IMG/VR virus record: IMGVR_UViG_3300028586_000316 | Location: 1-38,302 of that record | DNA length: 38,302 nucleotides | Direction: 5' to 3' (one strand) | DNA from: a virus | Lineage: Duplodnaviria > Caudoviricetes | Part shown: in pieces, positions 27,263 to 37,875 of the stretch | Numbering within the stretch: position 1 is the stretch's first letter | How the letters are laid out: every line of letters starts with the position of its first letter | Position numbers and translations under genes: made by a program | Notes under the pieces: generated by a model | Seen by the model: the letters and a program-made list of their open reading frames with translations, nothing else | Told to the model about the DNA's origin: nothing | Database searches by the model: none

Positions 27263-29800
27263 ATGGCAAATCTCGGCTCCCTCATCGTAACGCTGGAAGC
27301 GAACGTCTCGAAGTTCGTCGGCGACATGAAAAAGTCCAGCGAAGACACCGAGAAGGCGATGAAGCGCATCGAGGGCGCCGTCGAGCTGGGCAAGACCGCG
27401 ATCGAGGCGTTGGGCGTCGGGCTGACGGTCGGCGCTTTTGCCGAGCTGATCAAGGGTACGATCGACGCTGCCGACGAGCTGCGCGACATGTCCCAGAAGA
27501 CTGGCATCGCCGTCGAGGAATTGAACGGGCTTGGATTTGCAGCTGGCCAGGCCGGCGGCAATCTGGAGAAGATTGCTGCCGGTGCTACCAAGCTGAACAA
27601 GACGGTCGTTGAAGCGTCGCGAGGCAACCGCGATCTGATGGAGCCGTTTACCAAGCTCGGTATCTCCGTCAAGGACGCCTCTGGCCAGCTTAAGACGGCC
27701 GACGTCCTGATGGCCGACCTGGCGGACAAGTTCAATCAGTTTGCGGATGGTCCTGAAAAAACCGCGATCGCGCTGCGCATCTTCGAGGATGCCGGCGCCG
27801 ACATGATCCCGCTGCTGAACGACGGCGGGAAGGCGCTGCGCGAGAACATCGAATATGCGAAGCAATACAGCGGTACGACGGAGGAGCTGGCCAACGCGGC
27901 GGACAACTTCAACGATACGATGGGCAAGCTGACCATCCAGCAGAAGGGGTTCTACAACTCCATGACGTCTGCTGTGCTGCCGGTCCTGCAACTCGTGGCT
28001 GACGAGATGCTGGGCGCTGCCGAGAATTCGGACAAGTTTTCCTTGGCGGGGGACGTGGTCCGCACCGTCCTCGAGACCTTTGTTGTGGTCGGCTCCGAGG
28101 TGGGCTTCACCTTCAAAGCGGTCGGCACCGAGATCGGTGGCATCGCCGCCCAGCTAGCCGCGCTCGCGCACGCCGACTTCAAGGGCTTCAACGCGATCAG
28201 CGAGGCCATGAAGGCCGATGCCGAGAAGGCACGCAAGGAGCACGACGAATTCATCAAGAAGGTGCTGGACCGGACGCCCAAGCCGGTGGAGAAGCCGGCC
28301 GAGGACACGAACGCCAACAAGCCGAAGCCGCGTGCGCCGAAGATCCGCGGCAGCGGCGACGATCCGACGAAAACGCTGCTGGATGGCCAGATCAAGGCGA
28401 TCGAGGCGGCCTACGCGAAGGAGCGCGACACGGCGGCGTTCCAGGACCAGTTCATGCAGGAGCTGCGCAGCCAGGAAATCGTGGATGTGCAGACGTTTGC
28501 ACAGTACAAAATCGCCGCGATCGAGCAGGCGCGGGACGCCGCTGTGCGTGCTTACGACGCTGAGATCGCCGCGCTGCAGAAGGCGAAGGCAGCAGCCAGC
28601 AAGGAGTCGGAGAAGGCCGAGCTGGCGAACCAGATCAACGAGAAGATTGCCCTGCGCGACAAGGCTCGGACCGATGCAACCCGGGCGCTGGAGATGCAGA
28701 CGCTGAGCATGGGTGCTGCCCAGTCCGGCCTGAACAAGACCATGCGTGACTGGAACCGCGAGCAGGGCCAGGCGGAGGACCAGCTCAAGTTCAATAACGA
28801 ACTGTACGGGAAGTCGGCGCTGGAGGTCGCGAAGCTGACCGAGGCGCGGCGCCTCGAATTGGACATCGAGGAGAAGATCCGGCAGGCCAAGGAAAAGGGC
28901 ACGATCACCGAGGCGTCGATCGCGCAGTTCCGCAAGGACGCGGCCGACCACGCCGAGCGCGTCAACAAGCTGCAGACGCAGGGCATCGGAAATCAGATCG
29001 CCCAGCAGCTGCAGACGCCAGGCGAAGCCGAGCAGCAGCTGCACGAGAACCGGCTGAAGGATTTGAAGTCCTTCCAGGAGCTGTCCCTCGAAAACACTAT
29101 CGAAGGCAACCGCCTGATCGAAGCGGAAAACCGCCGGCACAACGAGACGATGGCGAACATGCAGCTATCTTCTGCACAGAACATCCTCAGCATCGCCCAG
29201 TCGTCGGCCAGCCAGCTGTACGACGCGCTCCAAGCCGCTGGCATGGAGCAGACCGCACTGGGCAGGGCCATGTTCTACGCGCAGAAGGCGATCCAGGTTG
29301 CGACGATCATCGTCAACACTGAGGTGGCTGCAGCTGCCGCGCAGGCGGGCATGATTGCCGCGGCTGGCGCAACAGCTGCCGTCTCCGGCCCTGCGGGTCC
29401 GGCCATCTTAGCTGCAGGCATTGCCAATGGCGCTGCGTTCGCGACGATGACGCGCGTGATGGGCTATGCGACCGCAGGCCTGGTGGCAGGTACAGCCATC
29501 GCAGGAGCGCGTGAGAAAGGCGGTTCTGTGTGGGATGGTGGCGCCTTCCTAGTGGGCGAGAAGGGCCCGGAAATTTTCCGGCCGCCGACCCACGGGACAA
29601 TCATCCCGAACCATCAGATCGGCGGCGCCAGCGGCGGCATCCAGATCAACACGAACGTCACCGTCTCCGACAGCGGGACCAGTTCGTCGACGGAGGGCGG
29701 CGCTGGCACTGGTCGCGCGCTGGCCGACATGATCAAAACAACGGTCAAGGAAGTGATCGTCCGTGAGAAGCGGCAGGGTGGCCTGCTTTGGCAGAGATGA
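27263..29800 (+). CDS. Tail tape measure protein
   Basis: ANLGSLIVTLEAN N-terminus; Ala-rich helical body; GAREKGG...LVGEKGPEIF; REKRQGGLL C-terminus. Confidence 0.92.
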   Translation: MANLGSLIVTLEANVSKFVGDMKKSSEDTEKAMKRIEGAVELGKTAIEALGVGLTVGAFAELIKGTIDAADELRDMSQKTGIAVEELNGLGFAAGQAGGNLEKIAAGATKLNKTVVEASRGNRDLMEPFTKLGISVKDASGQLKTADVLMADLADKFNQFADGPEKTAIALRIFEDAGADMIPLLNDGGKALRENIEYAKQYSGTTEELANAADNFNDTMGKLTIQQKGFYNSMTSAVLPVLQLVADEMLGAAENSDKFSLAGDVVRTVLETFVVVGSEVGFTFKAVGTEIGGIAAQLAALAHADFKGFNAISEAMKADAEKARKEHDEFIKKVLDRTPKPVEKPAEDTNANKPKPRAPKIRGSGDDPTKTLLDGQIKAIEAAYAKERDTAAFQDQFMQELRSQEIVDVQTFAQYKIAAIEQARDAAVRAYDAEIAALQKAKAAASKESEKAELANQINEKIALRDKARTDATRALEMQTLSMGAAQSGLNKTMRDWNREQGQAEDQLKFNNELYGKSALEVAKLTEARRLELDIEEKIRQAKEKGTITEASIAQFRKDAADHAERVNKLQTQGIGNQIAQQLQTPGEAEQQLHENRLKDLKSFQELSLENTIEGNRLIEAENRRHNETMANMQLSSAQNILSIAQSSASQLYDALQAAGMEQTALGRAMFYAQKAIQVATIIVNTEVAAAAAQAGMIAAAGATAAVSGPAGPAILAAGIANGAAFATMTRVMGYATAGLVAGTAIAGAREKGGSVWDGGAFLVGEKGPEIFRPPTHGTIIPNHQIGGASGGIQINTNVTVSDSGTSSSTEGGAGTGRALADMIKTTVKEVIVREKRQGGLLWQR

Positions 29801-29808
29801 GGTAACGC

Positions 29809-30144
29809 ATGACAACGACATTTTCCTGGGTGCCGCGCGTAGAGCCGACCGGCACGGCGAGCTATCGCGTGCTGTCGGCGAAATTCGGTGACGGTTACGA
29901 GCAGACTTCGCGCGACGGCATCAACAACAAGTCGCAGAGCTGGCCGCTGGCCTTCGTCGGCAACGCGGCGAAGATCGGCGCCATCCGCGACTTTCTCGAT
30001 GCGCGCGGCGGCGACCAGTCGTTTTACTGGACGCCCCCGCTTGGCACGCAAGGCTTCTACAAGTGCAAGTCGCACACCGTCCGGCCGCTGGGTCTAGGCA
30101 ACTATGAGCTGACCGCAACCTTCGAACAGAGCTTCCAACCATGA
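29809..30144 (+). CDS. Minor tail protein gpM-like
   Basis: AKFGDGYEQ...GINN...FLDARGG..SFYWTPP. Confidence 0.9.
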   Translation: MTTTFSWVPRVEPTGTASYRVLSAKFGDGYEQTSRDGINNKSQSWPLAFVGNAAKIGAIRDFLDARGGDQSFYWTPPLGTQGFYKCKSHTVRPLGLGNYELTATFEQSFQP

Positions 30145-30830
30145 TTACTGCAGACATTCAAGGCCTCGAGCCTGGCGCCCGGGTCGAGCTGTTCGAACTG
30201 GATGCGTCCATGATCGCCGGCGGCGGCCTGCTGCGCTTTCACGGCTACCAGCAAGCTGGCACGATCTGGTGGCAGGGCCACGAATACACGGCCTGGCCGA
30301 TCCAGGCCGAAGGGTTCGCCAAGACCATCGAGGGCCAGCAACCCACGCCAAAGCTCTCGGTCGGTAACGTCGACGGCTCGATATCGTCGCTGTGCGTCCT
30401 GCTCGACGACCTGGTCGGCGCCAAGCTGACGCGACACGTCACGCTGGGCCAGTACCTGGACGAGCGTAACTTCGAAGGCGGGAACCCGGCAGCGGACCCG
30501 CAGCAAGAGTTTCCACCCGACGTCTGGTTCATCGAGCAGAAGTCAGGCGAGACGAACGAGGTCGTCGAATTTGAGCTGTCGAGTGCGCTGGACTTCCAGG
30601 AAGCGATGCTACCGCGCCGGCAGATCATCGCCAACCTGTGCCCGTTCCAGTACCGCGGCGCTTATTGCAACTATACCGGCGGTGCCAAGTTCGACGTAAA
30701 TGGGAATCCTGTAACCGATCCTGCGCTTGATGTCTGCCCAAAGACGCTTGCCGGATGTAAGAAGCGCTTTGGCGCGACAAGTGTGCTCAACTTCGGCGGC
30801 TTCCCGGCCGCCGCCCTGATCCAGTCCTGA
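30141..30830 (+). CDS. Minor tail protein gpL-like
   Basis: WQGHEYTAWPIQAEGF; C-terminal Cys cluster CPFQYRGAYC...CPKTLAGCKKRF...FGGFP. Confidence 0.93.
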   Translation: MITADIQGLEPGARVELFELDASMIAGGGLLRFHGYQQAGTIWWQGHEYTAWPIQAEGFAKTIEGQQPTPKLSVGNVDGSISSLCVLLDDLVGAKLTRHVTLGQYLDERNFEGGNPAADPQQEFPPDVWFIEQKSGETNEVVEFELSSALDFQEAMLPRRQIIANLCPFQYRGAYCNYTGGAKFDVNGNPVTDPALDVCPKTLAGCKKRFGATSVLNFGGFPAAALIQS

Positions 30831-30832
30831 CC

Positions 30833-31567
30833 ATGCAGAGCAAAACCATTGAAGCGATCCGCGCGCACGCTGTGGAGGAATATCCGCGCGAATGCTGCGG
30901 GCTGCTGGTCATCATCAAAGGCCGCGAGCGTTACCTGCCGTGCACGAATACGGCTCAAGGAACCGAGCACTTCATCCTGCCGGCTAAGGAATACGCCGAC
31001 GCGGAGCAGCTGGGCGAGATCATCGCCGTCGTGCATTCGCACCCAGACACGCCGGCGGCAGCGAGCCAGGCCGACTTGGTGTCGTGCGAAGCCTCGGGTC
31101 TGGCGTGGCACATCGTGCGGGTCGACCTCGTCGACGGCGCGCCGGCGGCGGGCGAACTCGTGACGATCGAGCCTTCGGGGTACGTGGCGCCCTTGGTCGG
31201 CCGGCAATTCACGCACGGCGTGCTGGACTGCTACCAGTTGATCGTCGACTGGTACCAGCAGGAGCGAGGCATCGCTCTGAAGCAATTCGCGCGGGCCGAC
31301 GAGTGGTGGAACGACGGCAAGTCCGACCTATACACCGAAGGCTTTCCGCAGGCCGGCTTCGTCAAGCTGCCGGACAGCACCGCGCCGGAGCCAGGCGACG
31401 TGATCCTGATGCAGATCCGCGCCAGAAACGGCGTTCCAAACCACGCCGGCATTTACCTGGGTGATGGGCTGATGCTCCACCACATGCACGGCCGACTGTC
31501 GAGCCGGGATCTGTGGGGCGGCTACTTCCGAGAGAACACAAGAGCAATTTTGCGGTACCAGCCGTAA
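30833..31567 (+). CDS. Tail assembly protein gpK-like (JAB + NlpC/P60)
   Basis: YPRECCG, VHSHPD, DCYQL, NHAGIYLG. Confidence 0.93.
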   Translation: MQSKTIEAIRAHAVEEYPRECCGLLVIIKGRERYLPCTNTAQGTEHFILPAKEYADAEQLGEIIAVVHSHPDTPAAASQADLVSCEASGLAWHIVRVDLVDGAPAAGELVTIEPSGYVAPLVGRQFTHGVLDCYQLIVDWYQQERGIALKQFARADEWWNDGKSDLYTEGFPQAGFVKLPDSTAPEPGDVILMQIRARNGVPNHAGIYLGDGLMLHHMHGRLSSRDLWGGYFRENTRAILRYQP

Positions 31568-31574
31568 CCCTGAC

Positions 31575-31597
31575 AGGCCGCCTCGAGCGGCCTTTTT
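31575..31597 (+). terminator. Intrinsic terminator
   Basis: AGGCCGC-CTCGA-GCGGCCT followed by TTTT. Confidence 0.6.
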
Positions 31598-31609
31598 CAT
31601 TTGGAGCCT

Positions 31610-32266
31610 ATGGACACTCTTCGAACAATCCGGCTTTACGGGAAGCTCGGCGCCACCTTCGGTCGCGTGCACCGTCTGGCGGTCGAGAACACGGCCGAAG
31701 CCGTCCGCGCGCTGTGCGCCCTGGTTCCCGGCTTCGAGAAGGAGCTGATGACCTCTCACCAGCGCGGCATCCGCTACGCCTGTTTCCTGGGCAAGAAGAA
31801 CATCGGGAAGGATGAGCTCGAGCTTTCCGGCGGCACAGACGATATTCGGATTGCGCCAGTGCTAGCCGGGGCCAAGTCTGGAGGCGTCCTGCAGTTCATC
31901 GTAGGCGCTGTGATGGTTATTGCCGGCGCAGTGCTGACATATGGCAGCTTTGGCTCCTTGAGTGCGGCCGGCGTCCCGATGATGAAAATAGGCGTCATCA
32001 TGATGCTCGGCGGTGTCATCCAGATGCTCTCGCCACAGCAGACGCCGGGCGCTGGTAGATCGGTCGAGAACGGCGCTTCCTACAACTTCACCGGCCCAGT
32101 CAACACCACCGCACAGGGCAATCCGGTGCCGGTGCTGTACGGCCGCATGATCGTCGGCTCCGCCGTGATCTCGGCGGGCATCCTGGCGCAAGACCAAGCC
32201 TACGTTGGCGCGCCGCGAACCGGCGCACCAATCCCCAAAATTCTCGACACCTACACGGATCTGTAA
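31610..32266 (+). CDS. Tail assembly protein gpI-like
   Basis: IRLYGKLGATFGR...NTTAQGNPVPVLYGRMIVGSAVISAG. Confidence 0.93.
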   Translation: MDTLRTIRLYGKLGATFGRVHRLAVENTAEAVRALCALVPGFEKELMTSHQRGIRYACFLGKKNIGKDELELSGGTDDIRIAPVLAGAKSGGVLQFIVGAVMVIAGAVLTYGSFGSLSAAGVPMMKIGVIMMLGGVIQMLSPQQTPGAGRSVENGASYNFTGPVNTTAQGNPVPVLYGRMIVGSAVISAGILAQDQAYVGAPRTGAPIPKILDTYTDL

Positions 32267-35200
32267 TGAAGGACATCATTGGCCACGGCGGCGGCGGCGA
32301 CTCGCACACCCACTACGAAGCAACTGACAGCCTGCACAATACGTCTTACGCCCGCGTGTTGGACCTGGTGTCGGAAGGCGAGATCCTCGGCCTGGCTAAC
32401 GGCCTGGGCTCGATCTACTTGAACCAGACGCCACTTGAGAACGCGGATGGCTCGAAGAACTTTTCGAACGTCACTGTCGATTTCCGCACCGGTACCCAGG
32501 ATCAGGACTACATCGCCGGCTTCCCGGACGTCGAGAACGAGATCGCGGTTGGCGTCGAGCTGAAGTCGGGCACGCCGTGGGTCCATGCGATCAATAACAC
32601 CTCGTTGTCGGCGATCCGCATTACGCTCGGCGTGCCGATGCTGAGCAAGCAGGACACCACCAACGGCGATGTGCTGGGACACCGCGTCGACTACCAGATC
32701 GAATTGTCGAAGGATGGCGGCGCTTACTCGACCGTCATCTCGAGCAGCTTCAAGGGCAAAACCACGTCCGAATACCAGCGATCGGCACGGATCGACCTGC
32801 CGCCGGCAACGACCGGCTGGCAGGTGCGCGTCACGCGCCTGACCGCAAATGCCAATACCGCGGCGATCGCGGACACGACGCGGATCGTGAGCTACACGGA
32901 AGTCATCGACGCCAAGCTGCGATATCCGATGTCGGCCATCGTCGGTATCCAGCTGGACGCAAGCCAGTTCCAGAACGTCCCGACCCGGGCTTATGATCTG
33001 TTCGGCAGGATCATCCAGGTGCCGAGCAACTATGACGCCATCAACCGCACTTACACCGGCGCATGGGACGGCACCTTCAAGCCGTCGTGGTCGAACAATC
33101 CGGCATGGGTGTTCCGCGACCTGGTCCTGAACGGCCGCTACGGCCTGGGCAACCGCATCACGGCATCCCAGGTGGACAAGTGGGCACTGTACAAGATCGC
33201 GCGCTACTGCGACGAAATGGTCCCGAACGGGAAGGGCGGCACCGAGCCGCGCTTTACCTGCAACCTGTACCTGCAGAGCCGCAAGCAGGCCTACGCCGTC
33301 CTGCAGGACATCGCTTCGATCTTCCGTGGGATCTCGTACTGGGGCGCCGGCATGATCATGGCCTCGGCCGACATGCCGGCAGACCCGATCTACGTCTACA
33401 CCGCGGCCAATGTCATCGGCGGCAAGTTCTCGCGTGTGGGCTCGAAGAAGGCGACCCGCTATTCGGTTGCCCTGGTGACCTGGAATGATCCAGAGGACTT
33501 CTACAGGCCGAAGGTCGAGTACGTCGAGGATCAGGAGGGCATCGCCCGTTACGGCATCCAGCAGGTCGAGCTGACCGCTTTCGGCTGCACTTCGCAAGGC
33601 CAGGCGCAGCGTGCCGGCCGCTGGGCGCTGGCAACCTCCCGCCTGGAAACCGAGGGGATCACCTTCGACGTCGGCATGGACGGCGCAATTTCGCTCCCAG
33701 GGCAGATTGTGCGGGTCGCCGATCCGTCGCGCATGGGCAAACGAGTGGGTGGCCGCGTGCGCACTGCGGCCGGCCGTGTCGTCACCCTGGACAAGGCGCC
33801 GGTGATCAACGCTGGCGACAAGCTGACCGTCATCCTGCCGGCGGGCACGAGCGAGACCCGCACCGTGTCGGCTGTCGCCGGCGATTCTGTCACTGTGGAT
33901 TCGGACTGGAGTGCGCTGCCGGTTGCGCAGTCGGTGTGGTCGGTTGACAGCGACGAGCTGTCTGCGCCGCTGTATCGAGTGCTGTCGGTGACCGAGAAGG
34001 ACGAAGTCACGTTCACGATCACCGCCGTGCAGCACGAGCCGGGCAAGTTCGCCTTTGTCGAGAACGGCACCGCCATCGTGCCGCGCACGCAGACCTCGCT
34101 CGATGTGACGAAGCAGGCGCCGCCGGCGGCGGTGACGCTTGCCGGCTACACCGTGACGCTGAACGACGTCCAGAAACTGGCCCTGCAGGTCAGCTGCGCT
34201 CCTGTCTCTGGTGCTGTGGCCTATGAAGGCGCGTACCGTCGCGGCAATGACAACTGGGTAGCGATTCCGCGCCAGGCCAGCCCGACGATGGACGTGCGCG
34301 ACGTGCTGGCGGGCGCCTACGTTGCCAAGATGTGGGCGATCAACTCGATTGGCATCTCGTCGATCGAGACGATGTCGGTGGCGGTGGAAATCGCTGCTGA
34401 CGGCGCGTCGAAGAACGCCAGCGTGCAGCTTGCGGCGGACGCCGAGTTCTTTCACACGAACCAGGAGGGTGAGGCGGACCCGGCAGTGATCAACTTCACC
34501 GCCGATCTGACCGCCCTGAGCGGGCCGGTAACGTGGTCTTGCGTCGGCGGCACCTTGACCAACAAGACCGCGACCACGGCGCAGCTGACCTTTGCAAACG
34601 CGACCGCAGCGCGCGCAGAAGTGACCGCGAGCGTGACGGCGTTCGGCCGCTCGTATTCGAAAACGGTCAAGATCGGGAAGGTGCAGGACGGTGCCGCTGG
34701 TACGGACGGACTGAAAACCGCGATCGCTCGCCTGTTTCAGTGGGCGCCGGCGGCGCCGGCCAAGCCCGCCGGCGTCAGCACCTTCGTCTGGGATACCTTG
34801 GCGAATACCGACTACACCGGCACGGATGGCTGGGCCTACCCGGCGCCAAGCAACCCAGGTACGCCAGGTTGGAGGCTGTTTGCGGCTGCAGTGCCGCTGG
34901 CGGCCGCCGTGGCCGCGACAACATCGCCTGTCGAATACGTTGACGCGGTGATCGAGGACGGCGCCCAGAACGGCGCAACCGGCGCGAGCGGCGTGCAGTC
35001 GCGCGATGTAATCGTCTACCAGTGGGCCGTCACGATCCCGGAGGGGCCGACAGGACCGGCCACGCTGAAATGGGCCGACGGCTCGTTCGGCGCCGCGCCG
35101 GCCAACTGGACGCTCACGCCTGGCGATGCGCCATCCTTGGGCATGACGCTGTTCGCAGCCAGCGTCCGGGTCGCGGACTCGGCCGTGAATGCGACCACGG

Positions 35201-37875
35201 CATTCAACTGGCAGTCGGCGAGCATCATGGCGATCGGCTATGTCGGCACCAACGGCGGCAAGGGCGATCAGGGCGCCTCCTACGTCACCGCGTACATCGC
35301 CTCAAGCGCAATCGCTGCCAACGGCGCGCCGGCACAGACCACGGGTAGGAATAGTCTGCCGGCCGCGAACAGCAGCGGCCTGGCCGGCGCCTGGTCGGCG
35401 GGCGTGCCGGCGCTCGCCGATGGCCAGCGCATGTACCAGACGGATGGCATCTACGATCCGGCCACGAATAAAGTGACCTGGTCGATCCCGTACTGGTCGT
35501 CGCTCAAGGTCGCGACGTTGTCGGCCATTACGCTTGGCGTCATGGGCGACATCACGTCGGGCTCGCTGAACATCGGGAACGGTAAGTTCACCGTCGACGC
35601 TGCCGGCAACGTGACCATGCGCTCGTTCATCCTGTTCGACCCGAACACCGGCAAGGCCATCCTGCAGGCCGGCGGCGTGGTGAACCCGGACTTCCTGCCG
35701 GCGAGCGTGAAGAACAGCGAACTGGTGCCGAGCATCAACGCTTCGACCAAGCGTGGCGCGGCGTTGAACGATGATCCGATGCTTGAGAATCCCGCAGCGT
35801 GGGGTCTGAATAGCGGGATCGAGCGACACGAATATTCGACTGTGCCTGGCGCGCGCGGAAGGTATTTCTTTTCCGCCGGACCCGGTACAGGGCAAGACCT
35901 GTACGCTACGAGTGCCGAATCATTCCCGATTGATCCGACGCGGACGTACAACCTGAGCGCCAATCTGTTCGTCGCTGCGGGTAACGACCGGAGCATGTAT
36001 GTGTTCGTCGAGTTCTACGACAACGCCGGGAACTATATCGGTTCGGCTGCAACTGGATGGGGCGGCACCCTGTCGGGTTATGTTTATGGCGGCAAACCAC
36101 CGTCGGGTAAATTCACACTGTGCGGGGGAGATTTCGGCGCAAGAACGTCACGCCCTATTCCGGCGAATGTAGCGTCTGCCTATATTGGCGTTTGGCATCG
36201 CTACAGCGGGGACGGCGTGACATCCGTTGAGCACGCATCGCAAGAGATTCGCCTGGTTGATATCACCGACGCGATCCGTGCGCAAGACGCGGCCCAGGCA
36301 TATGCCGAAGCACAGGCCGAAGCTGCACGCGTGAGTGCCGCCGCGCACGCGGACGGCATCGTTACCGAATCCGAGGCGCGGGCCATTGCCGCAGCACAGG
36401 CCAAAGCCGACGCGGCAAAGGCTGCGGCGATCCAGGCCGCTGCTGCTGACGCTACGGCGAAGGCCAATATAGCGGCGACTACTGCCAACGCTGACGGCTC
36501 GATCCGAACGCCAGCCGGGACTACGCTGCTTAGCGGAGTGGCCCACGTCGATGGGGCCATCAAGATTCGCCTCCCGCAATCGTGGACCAACACGATGATG
36601 AAGTTCACGGTGGATATCTACGAGTATTCCGCCGGGTACGCCTGCACCCTCGATATTTCCGGCTACAACTATGAGTCCGGCAACTGGCACAACGTCACCG
36701 CCCGCGTTGTGGGTGGCAGCAATGTCGAGTACCCGGTCTATTTCGGCCATGACGGTACGAAGTGCTGTATTTGGATCGGCAATGCAAATGAATCGTGGGT
36801 TTATCCGCAAGTGCAGGTGCGTGATTTCCTTGCGGGTTTCTCCAACACCAGTAAAACCCTGTGGGAGTCGGGCTGGTCGATCAGCTTCGACACGGCGGCA
36901 GCAACCTACGTATCCGCCGCCGTCACCGACACATTGCCCGGCGCGGACTGGTCGAAGATCCCCAACAGGGCCGGCAGGCCGCAGGACAACGCCACGGTTG
37001 GCGCGCCGGCAGGCACCTATGTAGGCGGCAGTCCTGCGCAAAGCGTCGCCGAATGGGCGGCTGCGGGTGCGAACGCGTACGGGCAACTGCCGGGCATGAA
37101 CGCCGCCATTACCGACAAGCTGAGCAAGACCAGTGCGAGCCAGTTGGCTGCTACTGTCACGCTCGCCACTGGCGGATCACTTCTGGCTGGCACGCCGGAC
37201 AACGGCGTGTACATGACGCCTGCCGGCTTGTATTGCGTGCAGGGAGGGGCTGTCAAGGTCTTCATCCCGATCAGCGGAGACCCGACTTTCGCCGGCAAGC
37301 TAATGGCCGCGTTCGGTTCATTCGGCAAGCTGACCGTTGCAAACGGTGGCAGTCTGTCCACTGAAAATTTCACAGGCTGGGTGTGGCCTCCAGACGGATC
37401 GACGGGCTTTTACCTCGGCGCCGACGGCCTGATGCTTGGGAATCCAATCACGGGGCAGTGGTTCAAGGTATCTGCTACCGGGGCAGTTGAAGGACCGGGG
37501 CTTGACTACAAGAATGGGCAACTTACGTTGAGTAACCCAGTGCTGGTCAATCCTAAGACCCAAACCGGTTTCAGCGCCTCGATGTCCAACCTCATCCTGA
37601 ATAGCCAGACAAATACGTCGTCCTACCAGACGTATTCGAAGTCCCCAACTGTATCGGGCGGCACGGCAGCGAGTTACTTGTGGAGCCTTGAGATGGAAGA
37701 AGGCGACATGCGCCTGTCTGGCGATCCTACTTCGTCTTACGCAACGATTCAGGCACGTGGGACCAACAGGCTATGCGCGGGCTGGCTCACGGTAACAATC
37801 AGGGATACAAACGGGGCGACAGCTACGGCGTCGTGCCGCGTGTCCATTCAATTCGGAAGCGGGGCGGCGATATGA
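32266..37875 (+). CDS. Host specificity / central tail fibre gpJ-like (1869 aa)
   Basis: LDLVSEGEI, WSNNPAW, EPRFTCNLYL, FGCTSQGQAQRAGRW; long modular C-terminal extension. Confidence 0.95.
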   Translation: MKDIIGHGGGGDSHTHYEATDSLHNTSYARVLDLVSEGEILGLANGLGSIYLNQTPLENADGSKNFSNVTVDFRTGTQDQDYIAGFPDVENEIAVGVELKSGTPWVHAINNTSLSAIRITLGVPMLSKQDTTNGDVLGHRVDYQIELSKDGGAYSTVISSSFKGKTTSEYQRSARIDLPPATTGWQVRVTRLTANANTAAIADTTRIVSYTEVIDAKLRYPMSAIVGIQLDASQFQNVPTRAYDLFGRIIQVPSNYDAINRTYTGAWDGTFKPSWSNNPAWVFRDLVLNGRYGLGNRITASQVDKWALYKIARYCDEMVPNGKGGTEPRFTCNLYLQSRKQAYAVLQDIASIFRGISYWGAGMIMASADMPADPIYVYTAANVIGGKFSRVGSKKATRYSVALVTWNDPEDFYRPKVEYVEDQEGIARYGIQQVELTAFGCTSQGQAQRAGRWALATSRLETEGITFDVGMDGAISLPGQIVRVADPSRMGKRVGGRVRTAAGRVVTLDKAPVINAGDKLTVILPAGTSETRTVSAVAGDSVTVDSDWSALPVAQSVWSVDSDELSAPLYRVLSVTEKDEVTFTITAVQHEPGKFAFVENGTAIVPRTQTSLDVTKQAPPAAVTLAGYTVTLNDVQKLALQVSCAPVSGAVAYEGAYRRGNDNWVAIPRQASPTMDVRDVLAGAYVAKMWAINSIGISSIETMSVAVEIAADGASKNASVQLAADAEFFHTNQEGEADPAVINFTADLTALSGPVTWSCVGGTLTNKTATTAQLTFANATAARAEVTASVTAFGRSYSKTVKIGKVQDGAAGTDGLKTAIARLFQWAPAAPAKPAGVSTFVWDTLANTDYTGTDGWAYPAPSNPGTPGWRLFAAAVPLAAAVAATTSPVEYVDAVIEDGAQNGATGASGVQSRDVIVYQWAVTIPEGPTGPATLKWADGSFGAAPANWTLTPGDAPSLGMTLFAASVRVADSAVNATTAFNWQSASIMAIGYVGTNGGKGDQGASYVTAYIASSAIAANGAPAQTTGRNSLPAANSSGLAGAWSAGVPALADGQRMYQTDGIYDPATNKVTWSIPYWSSLKVATLSAITLGVMGDITSGSLNIGNGKFTVDAAGNVTMRSFILFDPNTGKAILQAGGVVNPDFLPASVKNSELVPSINASTKRGAALNDDPMLENPAAWGLNSGIERHEYSTVPGARGRYFFSAGPGTGQDLYATSAESFPIDPTRTYNLSANLFVAAGNDRSMYVFVEFYDNAGNYIGSAATGWGGTLSGYVYGGKPPSGKFTLCGGDFGARTSRPIPANVASAYIGVWHRYSGDGVTSVEHASQEIRLVDITDAIRAQDAAQAYAEAQAEAARVSAAAHADGIVTESEARAIAAAQAKADAAKAAAIQAAAADATAKANIAATTANADGSIRTPAGTTLLSGVAHVDGAIKIRLPQSWTNTMMKFTVDIYEYSAGYACTLDISGYNYESGNWHNVTARVVGGSNVEYPVYFGHDGTKCCIWIGNANESWVYPQVQVRDFLAGFSNTSKTLWESGWSISFDTAAATYVSAAVTDTLPGADWSKIPNRAGRPQDNATVGAPAGTYVGGSPAQSVAEWAAAGANAYGQLPGMNAAITDKLSKTSASQLAATVTLATGGSLLAGTPDNGVYMTPAGLYCVQGGAVKVFIPISGDPTFAGKLMAAFGSFGKLTVANGGSLSTENFTGWVWPPDGSTGFYLGADGLMLGNPITGQWFKVSATGAVEGPGLDYKNGQLTLSNPVLVNPKTQTGFSASMSNLILNSQTNTSSYQTYSKSPTVSGGTAASYLWSLEMEEGDMRLSGDPTSSYATIQARGTNRLCAGWLTVTIRDTNGATATASCRVSIQFGSGAAI

